DNA of 56,877 nucleotides from Candidatus Enterousia avicola (GTDB lineage Bacteria; Pseudomonadota; Alphaproteobacteria; Rs-D84): NCBI GenBank assembly GCA_018714345.1, contig DVNO01000012.1, positions 1 to 56,877 of the forward strand, read 5' to 3'. Shown piece by piece: positions 56,630 to 56,877 of this stretch (position 1 is its first letter; each line of letters starts with the position of its first letter). The notes under the pieces were generated by a model. It saw only the letters and a program-made list of their open reading frames with translations, ran no database searches and was not told where the DNA came from. The position numbers and the translations under genes were made by a program.

Positions 56630-56877
<248 letters not shown>

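Overview
Chromosomal window (about 57 kb, AT-rich) from a bacterium with alphaproteobacterial signatures: def-fmt-truA order, the acidic GyrA CTD insertion, and an alpha-type SuhB N-terminus. Gene style suggests a reduced, host-associated lineage such as the gut Rs-D84/'Ca. Enterousia' group, which is an inference. The backbone is housekeeping: pyrG (partial), comEC, truA, fmt, def, rmuC, gyrA, rpmH, valS, comF, murG, ftsW, mraY, PBP1A, rpmE, uvrD, dnaQ, rplU-rpmA, ppdK, tsaC, tRNA-Gln(UUG), tRNA-Glu(CUC), 5S rRNA and the 23S 3' end. I saw no integrase, transposase or CRISPR array. The most notable items are: (1) an ADP-ribosyltransferase-like domain fused to an intact HD phosphohydrolase, between two tRNAs; (2) five paralogous VirB6/TrbL-like membrane proteins with Cys motifs and no other T4SS gene nearby; (3) two large Cys-rich exported paralogs, which share an xVVSR low-complexity N-terminus with an OmpA-like protein; (4) an RND pump lacking the proton-relay Asp, paired with a hairpin-less adaptor; (5) a catalytically dead SuhB; (6) an apparently chimeric ValRS; (7) GyrA with Val at the Asp87-equivalent position; (8) many orphan genes with their own promoters and several probable leaderless mRNAs. 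All family assignments come from motif recognition by eye; no database searches were run.
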